In this document: piece by piece, positions 7,394-14,918 of the stretch
Position numbering within the stretch: position 1 is the stretch's first letter
Layout of the letters: the number at the start of each line of letters is the position of its first letter
Source: a virus
Reading direction: 5' to 3' (one strand)
Length of the DNA: 38,839 nucleotides
UHGV virus genome: UHGV-1367571
Position numbers and translations under genes: made by a program
Notes under the pieces: model-generated
Told to the model about the DNA's origin: nothing
What the model saw: the letters and a program-made list of their open reading frames with translations, nothing else
Database searches by the model: none

Positions 7394-7615
7394 TTACTCG
7401 TTAATAAATGCTAATTCGTCCAACATATCATCTAAAACAGCATATTCTGCTTGTGAGATAAGTTTTTGATCTGCTGCGCCGTCAACAATTCGATCTAGTG
7501 TGTTAACTGTTCCACCGACATAAGTATTAAGGGTACTCTTTTCTGTACCGTTGTTCATCATTCCCATAATATTTTCCTGAGCTGCAATAACCTGACCTTT
7601 TAATAATTCAAACAT
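7394..7615 (-). CDS. hypothetical protein (73 aa)
   Basis: ORF with RBS AAGAAGGAAGGTGAG. Promoter at 7648..7676. Confidence 0.55.
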   Translation of the reverse strand: MFELLKGQVIAAQENIMGMMNNGTEKSTLNTYVGGTVNTLDRIVDGAADQKLISQAEYAVLDDMLDELAFINE

Positions 7616-7647
7616 TTTAAATTCCTTCTTTCTTTTATTATATATTA

Positions 7648-7676
7648 ATTATAATCCAAAGGGCTGAACTTATCAA
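7648..7676 (-). promoter_or_regulatory. early promoter TTGATA-17-TATAAT with a second TTGACT box upstream
   Basis: Shares the -10 and UTR module with the 1354 and 5234 promoters. Confidence 0.6.
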
Positions 7677-7702
7677 CCCTTTTAGTCAACTTTTTTTTAA
7701 TT

Positions 7703-7858
7703 TTATTTTTTCATTGATTCCCAGTCTTTGCGAGTGATAACTTGACCGTTTACTTTTCTTTTTGCAACTTCTACGGCTTCCATAAATGTTTCACGTTCTG
7801 CATAACCTCGTTTAGTTTCACTATTGATAATAATGTATTGTTTTTTAGTTTTTGTCAT
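7703..7858 (-). CDS. hypothetical basic protein (51 aa), missed by the ORF track
   Basis: RBS GAGGAAG. Promoter 7892..7920 lies upstream. This replaces the spurious plus-strand ORF 7742..7975. Confidence 0.55.
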   Translation of the reverse strand: MTKTKKQYIIINSETKRGYAERETFMEAVEVAKRKVNGQVITRKDWESMKK

Positions 7859-7891
7859 GTTTATTACTTCCTCTCTTTATCTTATGAACTA

Positions 7892-7920
7892 AGTATACCA
7901 TGGTTATTTCAGGTTGTCAA
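7892..7920 (-). promoter_or_regulatory. early promoter TTGACA-17-TGgTATACT with a tandem TTGACA box
   Basis: Consensus on the minus strand. Confidence 0.65.
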
Positions 7921-7949
7921 CTGTTTTTGTCAATTATTTTTAAACTTTT

Positions 7950-8147
7950 TCAATGGCGTTCTAAAAATCGATTAAGTGACTCTTTCATTTTATCAATTTG
8001 TATCTGCCGTTCATCTTTTGAAATATTTTCATTAAATAGCCATGTTTTGAACCAACCTTGTTTTGATACATGAACTAAAATGCTGCCTGTTCGTAATGTT
8101 TCGATCTCAATTGTGAAACCATCTTCCACATGTCTTTTAATTTTCAT
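7950..8147 (-). CDS. hypothetical protein (65 aa)
   Basis: ORF with RBS AAGGAGGGAAA. Confidence 0.55.
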   Translation of the reverse strand: MKIKRHVEDGFTIEIETLRTGSILVHVSKQGWFKTWLFNENISKDERQIQIDKMKESLNRFLERH

Positions 8148-8158
8148 TATTTCCCTCC

Positions 8159-8329
8159 TTAAAAGTTGACAATTGTATAATCGTAAAATCTTGGGTTGTG
8201 TCGATCTGTGCAGCTACCGCTAACAATGTGGATCTCAGGGACTTGTTTTAATAACTCTACTGTTTCATCGCTTAGGTTCAGTTCGTAGTTTCTTTTCTTT
8301 TTGTGGTCGATAATTTTTACTTTATTCAT
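8159..8329 (-). CDS. hypothetical protein (56 aa), missed by the ORF track
   Basis: RBS GAGGAAG. Promoter at 8362..8390. Confidence 0.5.
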   Translation of the reverse strand: MNKVKIIDHKKKRNYELNLSDETVELLKQVPEIHIVSGSCTDRHNPRFYDYTIVNF

Positions 8330-8361
8330 GTAATTTCTTCCTCTCTTTATCTTATGTACTT

Positions 8362-8390
8362 AGTATAACCTTAGGGGTCGAACTTGTCAA
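8362..8390 (-). promoter_or_regulatory. early promoter TTGACA-17-TATACT (exact copy of the 1621 module)
   Basis: Sequence identical to 1621..1655. Confidence 0.7.
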
Positions 8391-8414
8391 CCCCTTTTGC
8401 CAACTTTTTGTAAA

Positions 8415-8624
8415 TTATTTTTGTAAATAAACATTTAATTGAACTGAATTGTTTTCGGTTGGTTCAATAGATACCACTTTTTTATGAAAGTATTCCAGTA
8501 CAAATTGTGTGGGTAGGTAACCACTTCTGTACATGAAACTAAAATCATATGAGCGAAAATCATCGCAGTAAATTCTAACCTCAACGCCGTACTCAATAAC
8601 CTCTAATAATTGTTTAAATGTCAT
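8415..8624 (-). CDS. hypothetical protein (69 aa)
   Basis: ORF with RBS GAGAGGAAG. Promoter at 8657..8685. Confidence 0.55.
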   Translation of the reverse strand: MTFKQLLEVIEYGVEVRIYCDDFRSYDFSFMYRSGYLPTQFVLEYFHKKVVSIEPTENNSVQLNVYLQK

Positions 8625-8656
8625 GTAATTTCTTCCTCTCTCTATTTGATATATTA

Positions 8657-8685
8657 ATAATAATCTATAAAAAGAAAAAAGTCAA
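8657..8685 (-). promoter_or_regulatory. early promoter TTGACT-17-TATTAT with a tandem TTGACT box
   Basis: Minus-strand consensus. Confidence 0.55.
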
Positions 8686-8714
8686 CTGTTTTAGTCAACT
8701 TTTTTCAAATTATT

Positions 8715-10472
8715 TTAAAATGTTATTTCTTCATCGGTTAGCAGGTCACTATTTTCTTTTGAAATACCATAGAATACTCGTTTTTTACCTACGTTGGTCG
8801 TTTTTTCCAGATCGCCATTGTTTAATTTATTCCGAATCATTTTGAGATCCAACTCGTTATAAACCAGTTTTCTAAATGAAGCATGTTTCAAAATTTTAGC
8901 CGAGTTATTTTCTGAAAACCATTCTTTAAAGTCCTCATACAGATCGCCACGGTTCACATAATCCTCTTCATTATTAGTAATAGTATAATCTGACTCTAAT
9001 AAAAACTGCTTTACTGGATTATTTTCAGCTTGCCAATCGCCTTTTAATCTAATAGCTATATCTGATTGATACAATGGATCTTGTGTAAATTGTCCGTTTT
9101 TCTCATCATACCATTTATTTCTAGCTGTTTGGATTGCTAAATAGATTAGTTTTCTAAGGTCTGTATCATCGGATCCCAATAATTTTTCTCGGTAGTCGTA
9201 AATTTCTAGTGATTTTTTTTGGTTTTCGGGATCTCTCATATTGTTCTGAAATACTAGCAAATCTAATCGGCGCTCTGTTGCTCCATCTCGTGAGCTTAAT
9301 TGTGGTAATTGGTTAGCGTTTAGCCAAAAATTCGCCTTATTTTGAAACATCATTCCATCACTATATAAGTTCCGTGCTTTTAATTGTGCTTGTCCTGTGA
9401 TTAATTTTTTAAGTGTTTCAATGTTTTCCAGATAGTTGGTTTTTACATCATCATCAAAATTGACTAGGGCGCCAACTAAAGGCATTAATTTTGTATCTGG
9501 GGTTTGGCTTGTAATATCTGCTAACGATACCTCAGCCCACAATGATTTACCTATTGTTTCAAAGCAACGTTTAACGACTAATTGCACCTCTGATTTTCCG
9601 TTACCGTGATCGCTAATGCCTTGTAAAGTGTTCCCTACCGAAACCAAAGCCGATTGAGAAAGACTTGCCTTATTAAAGAATGATAGTCCTAAGAACTCTA
9701 AAAAGGTTCGTTTACTGTCACCTAATAAGAACTCTAACCATTCCTCAAAGGGTTGTTTTTGTTTAATGTCGTATTCTATTGGTGTGTGTTTCAAACGTCC
9801 TAATACATAATCATCACCTTGGGGGGCTTGAAAGCTATTTGTATGAATATTAAATGTTTTTGTAAACGGAATTAAGTATTCTTTTTTACCAATAAAAGGG
9901 TTTTCCTCAGGTGTCACTTGGTTTACTTGTCGTGTGATTGCAGTAATCAACTCGTTTTGTTGCTTAATTGGAATGGTTACCGTTCTTAATAGTGGGTTTA
10001 CAATCGATCCAGTTACAACTTTCTCGGCGGCATCTTTATCTATTTTCCAGATCTTATTTACCTCGTCAAAAATAACCATCTCTATTTCATTGTTACTCAT
10101 TAAGTGACCTTGTTTGGCTATTAAGGATCCTAATAAAGAAACATCATCTATATAAGGGGTATATTCACCTGTTTTTTTATTCTCTCTATATTGTATTACC
10201 TCTGTTTGTCTTAATTCTTTAAATAATTTTTCAGGATAATCTGGTTCTTTAAATGATAAAATACTTGTTTCAAGATTATTTCTTAATTGTTCTTGTTTTT
10301 CTCTATCTAAGTCACCTAGTTCGATTAGTTGTTCTGGAATAGGTTCGGTATTTGGTGTAATCTCCTTTAGTTTTTCGTTTCTGAGGTTTTCTCTAAACTT
10401 TTCCATTTCCTCGGCGCTCATCACTTGGTTATCCGTTGTTAATTCATCTAGTGGGTTTTCAAATTGTTCCAT
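8715..10472 (-). CDS. SF3 helicase, D5/P4-family primase-helicase C-terminal-like protein (585 aa)
   Basis: Walker A GNGKSEV and Walker-B-like NFDDD within a D5_C-like region, recognised from memory. RBS AGGAGGA. Confidence 0.7.
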   Translation of the reverse strand: MEQFENPLDELTTDNQVMSAEEMEKFRENLRNEKLKEITPNTEPIPEQLIELGDLDREKQEQLRNNLETSILSFKEPDYPEKLFKELRQTEVIQYRENKKTGEYTPYIDDVSLLGSLIAKQGHLMSNNEIEMVIFDEVNKIWKIDKDAAEKVVTGSIVNPLLRTVTIPIKQQNELITAITRQVNQVTPEENPFIGKKEYLIPFTKTFNIHTNSFQAPQGDDYVLGRLKHTPIEYDIKQKQPFEEWLEFLLGDSKRTFLEFLGLSFFNKASLSQSALVSVGNTLQGISDHGNGKSEVQLVVKRCFETIGKSLWAEVSLADITSQTPDTKLMPLVGALVNFDDDVKTNYLENIETLKKLITGQAQLKARNLYSDGMMFQNKANFWLNANQLPQLSSRDGATERRLDLLVFQNNMRDPENQKKSLEIYDYREKLLGSDDTDLRKLIYLAIQTARNKWYDEKNGQFTQDPLYQSDIAIRLKGDWQAENNPVKQFLLESDYTITNNEEDYVNRGDLYEDFKEWFSENNSAKILKHASFRKLVYNELDLKMIRNKLNNGDLEKTTNVGKKRVFYGISKENSDLLTDEEITF

Positions 10473-10486
10473 GTGTTACATTCCTC

Positions 10487-10702
10487 CTATTTATCTAATT
10501 TCATATTAATAACTCTAAAATCTGGTTGTTCATACTCACTTATTTTAAAGCCTTTTGACATTCCTTTTTCCAAGTGTCTGTAAAATGTTCGTTTTGATAC
10601 GTTTAATAATTCGCAAGCTTTTTCAACTGTGACAACTAGATCACCTGTATATTTTTCGCCATCTTGGTTTAGAGGACATTCTTCAATTAAGTAAAATTTC
10701 AT
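10487..10702 (-). CDS. small HTH DNA-binding protein, putative early regulator (71 aa)
   Basis: LLNVSKRTFYRHLEKG helix-turn-helix. First gene after the divergent control region. Confidence 0.6.
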   Translation of the reverse strand: MKFYLIEECPLNQDGEKYTGDLVVTVEKACELLNVSKRTFYRHLEKGMSKGFKISEYEQPDFRVINMKLDK

Positions 10703-10734
10703 TATAAAACTTCCTTTCTTTTCGTTATGATCTA

Positions 10735-10764
10735 ACTATATCACATGTCAAAGTAAAATGTCAA
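10735..10764 (-). promoter_or_regulatory. promoter TTGACA-18-TGaTATAGT. The -35 is one of four tandem TTGACA boxes across 10746..10792.
   Basis: Extended -10. Boxes spaced 13, 15 and 13 bp apart. Confidence 0.55.
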
Positions 10765-10861
10765 GTTTTTTCGTGTCAATTTATTTTGTCAATTATTTTG
10801 GCATTCTATTTTGACATGGAATTATTGAAATTTGGCTAAAAAAGGCATTTTCCCCTATTTT

Positions 10862-11160
10862 TTTTGGGAGATCCCAATTTTATTTCAATTTTTGGGAAGT
10901 ACCAAACCGTTGGGGCTGTAGGCTTAAATACCATTCTCCCAATTTCTCTATTTATTTATATAAATAATAATATATATTAAATAAGCTACTATAGTGGCAT
11001 AGTGTATTGACACAAAACCTATATAAACTATAGAAAAAAATAAAAAAGTTATTTTGGGAGCTATTTTTTGCGCCGAATCGCTCAATCCATTGGTATTAAA
11101 GGGTTTATAGGCTCCCAAAAAGTTGGGAAAACTGGTATTTCTCCCAAAAACTCCCAAAAA
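10862..11160. repeat. array of at least eight TTGGGAG/CTCCCAA 7-9-bp repeats in both orientations, including the palindrome TTGGGA-ga-TCCCAA at 10865..10878, flanking an AT-rich core at 10941..11050
   Basis: Copies at 10862, 10891, 10934, 11051, 11110, 11122, 11141 and 11150. Confidence 0.6.
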
Positions 11161-11179
11161 GCAATCGAATAACCATTTA

Positions 11180-11188
11180 TGTTATAAT
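11180..11188 (+). promoter_or_regulatory. extended -10 promoter TGtTATAAT for the rightward operon
   Basis: Sits 20 bp downstream of the last CTCCCAAAA repeat. Confidence 0.5.
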
Positions 11189-11210
11189 TACTATATAAGG
11201 TGGTGAAAAT

Positions 11211-11558
11211 ATGAAGGAAAATAAATATAGTGAGAAAGTAACCAAGTATCTGAAAGAAACTGGTGCTTTAGTAGACAATAATACGGCAAGTATGTATGCT
11301 AGGGTTGGTAGATCGGATCTAACTGCTCTATATAAAGGTTATTACTTGGCTTTAGAGTTAAAAACTGGATCTTATCAACCAACGGACTTACAGATCAGGT
11401 ATTTACAGAAAGTTAGGGATAATGGTGGCATTGGACTTATTTTAAGAGATAACCTTGACTTAATTAAAAAAGTAGTGTATGCTATAGACAATGGACTACC
11501 TATAGAACAGCCTAAATTACCAAAGTTGAGTAACGATATTGGTTTAATATTCGATTAA
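11211..11558 (+). CDS. VRR-NUC domain nuclease (PD-(D/E)xK fold)
   Basis: GRSDL..ALELK..Q pattern. Typical partner of phage SNF2 helicases. Confidence 0.6.
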   Translation: MKENKYSEKVTKYLKETGALVDNNTASMYARVGRSDLTALYKGYYLALELKTGSYQPTDLQIRYLQKVRDNGGIGLILRDNLDLIKKVVYAIDNGLPIEQPKLPKLSNDIGLIFD

Positions 11559-11657
11559 ATCGATTTTAAGCCACTTTTAAGCTCATTCAGTATTATTCAG
11601 GTCTATTTATATAGGTAAGATATAAAACAGCTTAGAAAGCAAATCAGGAGGGTTTAA

Positions 11658-12962
11658 ATGAGTATTAAATTATTTGATCATCAAATCGAGCAAGTTAAAG
11701 AAGGGATTAAAGGTAAAAACTTTAATCAAAGTGAAGTGGGAACTGGTAAGACATTCGTAGGACTGACATTATTTAAAGAAAGTAAGTATAAAAAACTTTT
11801 AGTATTATGCTTGGCTGCTAAAGTTACCGATTTTGTTTCTGACGGTGAAAAAGTAGGATTAGAAATAACCGCTTTAAATAAAGGAACGACTAAAAATAAA
11901 GTATTATTGGAAGGCAAATCTGCAGTATCGATTAGTTTTGAGAGCAGTTGGCGACTAACTGACCTTAATAAGTGGGTGGATCAGGATACAATGATCTTAA
12001 TTGACGAATCACACAAGGTCAAAAGTACAACATCTAAAGTAGGTATGTTTATTAATAAGTTATCCAGAAAAGCAGGGTATAGTTATCTAATGACGGCAAG
12101 CCCAATTAGTAATGGTCGTTACGAGGATCTTTGGAATCAGTTGTTTATTGCAGGAATCTATACCGAATCATATAAGAAATTTAAAGATCGCTATTGTATT
12201 GAAGAACTTCAAGAAATGAAAGTGAGAGGTCAAACGAAATACTTTAATCAGATTGTTGGTTATAAAAATACCGATGAATTATTAGGACTATTAAAAGATC
12301 ATTCGGTTTATAAAGCTAGAGATATTGAGGATCACTTATTACCAGAAGATATTTTCTACTATACTAAAAAACCAACCATGTATAATAAGTTAGTCAAGAA
12401 TAGGATCCTAGAGTTACCTAATGGCGAGATCGTTGAGTATGATAATCTACCTAAGCTAAGACATGCTCTATTACAATTGTGTAGTGGTGTATTAGGTGAG
12501 ATTGATAAACCTTTACGTAAAGACAAATTAGAACGTACTGCACAGATCCTAGACGAAAACAAAGGCAATCGAGTCGTTATCTTTTATAATTACAATAGTG
12601 AGAAAGCAGCACTCATTAATCTACTAACTGACATCGGTCGGGTTTGGTCTGTCTATAATGGTGAGTCACATAACTTAGAGGAGTTTAAGAACGATCAAGA
12701 AGGAGTAGTGCTAGCACAGTATAAGTCTGCCTCAACTGGAATTAATGATTTTGTAATTGCTCATGTAACTATTTTCTTTGGATCATGTGACAGTAGTACA
12801 ACTTATATTCAAGCCAAAGGAAGAACGAACAGACATGGTCAAACTAAGAAACCTATCTACTATCATCTAATCGCTGAGAAGTCGGTAGAGTATAAAGTAT
12901 TCCATGAGTATGTACAGCAAGGCAAAGACATTACAGATAAGATCATAGAGTCCCTATTATAA
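11658..12962 (+). CDS. SNF2/DEAD-like superfamily-2 helicase
   Basis: Motif I GTGKT, motif II DESH, motif VI QAKGRTNRHGQ. Confidence 0.85.
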   Translation: MSIKLFDHQIEQVKEGIKGKNFNQSEVGTGKTFVGLTLFKESKYKKLLVLCLAAKVTDFVSDGEKVGLEITALNKGTTKNKVLLEGKSAVSISFESSWRLTDLNKWVDQDTMILIDESHKVKSTTSKVGMFINKLSRKAGYSYLMTASPISNGRYEDLWNQLFIAGIYTESYKKFKDRYCIEELQEMKVRGQTKYFNQIVGYKNTDELLGLLKDHSVYKARDIEDHLLPEDIFYYTKKPTMYNKLVKNRILELPNGEIVEYDNLPKLRHALLQLCSGVLGEIDKPLRKDKLERTAQILDENKGNRVVIFYNYNSEKAALINLLTDIGRVWSVYNGESHNLEEFKNDQEGVVLAQYKSASTGINDFVIAHVTIFFGSCDSSTTYIQAKGRTNRHGQTKKPIYYHLIAEKSVEYKVFHEYVQQGKDITDKIIESLL

Positions 12963-13342
12963 TTAGTAGGGTATCATGATCGGGGTATTGCTATACTAAG
13001 TAGGGGTAGTGATATAATAGTAGGGCTATTGAGTGGGGTACCACATATAGAGATAGGGCTATGTAGATAGGGGGTAGGGGAGTAAGGGGTAGGCTATAAT
13101 GGTAAGGTGTTGACAAGTAATAGTTAATATGTTAGTGTGATAGTATCTTAATGATTAGTGTAAATGATTATAGTAACTAATATATAATGAAGGTGATACT
13201 GGTTGTTAAGGTACTACAATACATAAGGATCCAATACAATCAATGCAACTAAAGATAATTAATGCAACCTAAATAAAAGTAAGGGGATCATAATATATTT
13301 TAGTAAGTGGATCGCAACATAAAAGGTAGCAACATTATTCTA

Positions 13343-13388
13343 GGGTAGGGGTATCTGGCAGGGGGTAGGGGTAGGGTGGTAGGGTAGG
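13343..13388 (+). repeat. G-quadruplex-forming tract GGG-TA-GGGG-N9-GGGGG-TA-GGGG-TA-GGG-TGGTA-GGG-TAGG (TAGGG-type repeats)
   Basis: At least six G3+ runs with 2-9-nt loops. Similar tracts at 13046..13093 and 12969..13006. Confidence 0.6.
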
Positions 13389-13767
13389 CAGTAGGTCAAC
13401 CAACTAAACACGAACGATAGTAATATAAATTTAAAAAATTATTCGTAAAAAATAAAAAATTAATTTAAAATAAAAAATAAAAAAATAGGAAAAAAATTTA
13501 ATTAAATAACAAAAAAATTTTTCAGAAGTCCAAAAATAATTTCAGAAATTTTATCCCCGAGTCCCCCCGCTTTCAAAAAAATTCAAGTACCCCCGACTCA
13601 GATTGAACCGCCCCCCATATTATCTTCACACAATTCCTCAAAATCTATTTTGAATTTCAATTTTACTACGACAGGTGGAGTACTTAGAAAATATAGTTTA
13701 TAAATAATCAACGTAACAAAGAGAATAACATAACATAACACGTTAATAATAATCAGGAGGTTTTTAA

Positions 13768-14217
13768 ATGTATATAGCGAACCCGAATGGAAAAATCATT
13801 TTTGAAAAAAGACATATCTTACTAGCAAACCCGAACGAGCTAGAGTTAACTGGTTGTTTAGACAGGATCAACGAGTTAGGAATTGAGTATATGAACTGGT
13901 TAATCTTAAACGATCAAGCAGACTACTTTTATAAATCACCAATCTGGTATAAGACAGTACGACCCGAGATATTGGAACGAGATAAGCATGAGTGCCAACT
14001 ATGCAAGCTACAGGGAAAACTAACAGTAGTCCAAAAAAGAGGATACGTCCACCATATCGCAGAGTTGAAAGAGTTCCCTCACGTGGCACTAAACTATAAC
14101 AATTTAATTACATTGTGTTACCATTGCCATGAGGTTACTCACGAAAGAGTTTTTAATATTAACAATATTCAGACTATTGATACTTTCGATAATTTTGATA
14201 GCTCGGAAACGTGGTAG
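13768..14217 (+). CDS. HNH endonuclease (terminase-associated)
   Basis: CQLC..HHIAE..N..CYHCHEVTH HNH/zinc-finger motif. RBS AGGAGG. Confidence 0.85.
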   Translation: MYIANPNGKIIFEKRHILLANPNELELTGCLDRINELGIEYMNWLILNDQADYFYKSPIWYKTVRPEILERDKHECQLCKLQGKLTVVQKRGYVHHIAELKEFPHVALNYNNLITLCYHCHEVTHERVFNINNIQTIDTFDNFDSSETW

Positions 14218-14278
14218 TTTGTAAACGCCTTCCTAAATGTGATATAATAGAAATAGATATTATAAAGGAGGCGTTTAT

Positions 14279-14620
14279 ATGAGTACACTCAAAGTACTAA
14301 ATGGAGATATTGAAGTTAGTAAAGAAGAGTTTCAAAAAGAAATGGAAAATATTTTAAGATCCAATGATAAACTTAATCCAGTTACGCAAACTATTGTTTA
14401 TAAAATAATTGACTTATACGAAACAGCAAAAGCAGCCAAAGAGGAAGTAAATGCCTTAGGTGTTTTATTAGATCAACCAATGGCGAACGGATTAAATAAA
14501 TTAGTTCCCAATCCTGCGGTACAGATCCAATCTGCAGCAATTGCAGGCATGAGTAAACTGATCGCTCAGGTCGAATTAGATACATTACAAGCGATGGAGG
14601 GCGATGATGATGACATTTAA
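14279..14620 (+). CDS. putative terminase small subunit (P27-like size, 113 aa)
   Basis: Position between the HNH gene and the large terminase. Acidic C-terminus. RBS AAGGAGG. Confidence 0.55.
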   Translation: MSTLKVLNGDIEVSKEEFQKEMENILRSNDKLNPVTQTIVYKIIDLYETAKAAKEEVNALGVLLDQPMANGLNKLVPNPAVQIQSAAIAGMSKLIAQVELDTLQAMEGDDDDI

Positions 14621-14918
14621 TTATCCCGAAACAATGGTTTTAAATGGAACTGAATATAATGTTAATTATTTAATGACGGATCCCGAGGCTCATAGTATGA
14701 CCAAGAACAATTTTATCCAACAAATATATACTAAATATGTGGCTATTCGGATCGCAGTAGGGGGAAATAGATGTGCTAAAATGTCCTTAGAACAGGTAAA
14801 AAATGAGTTAAAAACTGGAAAATATGACTCAGATTTAAGAAATATTCTAAAATTAAGCGAGAAAGATGTGGAAACTGTGCTATATATCGCAGAAAACCAC
14901 ATAAGTATAATTAGATGA
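14604..14918 (+). CDS. hypothetical protein (104 aa)
   Basis: RBS GGAGGG. ATGA overlap with the large terminase start. Confidence 0.45.
   Translation: MMMTFNYPETMVLNGTEYNVNYLMTDPEAHSMTKNNFIQQIYTKYVAIRIAVGGNRCAKMSLEQVKNELKTGKYDSDLRNILKLSEKDVETVLYIAENHISIIR

Noticed and set aside
7742-7975. Plus-strand 77-aa ORF
   Set aside because: Antisense artefact of the minus-strand gene 7703..7858 and its promoter. Cys- and Phe-rich nonsense translation.
1300-10800. Reiterated intergenic repeats as a CRISPR array
   Set aside because: The units are 29-bp promoter modules separated by genes of variable length. They are not regularly spaced short repeats with unique spacers.
10948-11157. Minus-strand 69-aa ORF in the divergent region
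   Set aside because: Composed of the TTGGGAG repeats and the AT-rich core. No RBS. Overlaps the promoter of the rightward operon.
11726-12568. Minus-strand ORFs 11726..11917 and 12359..12568
   Set aside because: Lie entirely inside the SNF2 helicase gene on the opposite strand.
12963-13410. TAGGG repeats as telomeres or inverted terminal repeats of a protein-primed linear genome
   Set aside because: The element has an HNH-TerS-TerL-portal packaging module. The repeats are internal and are not duplicated at the other end of the window.
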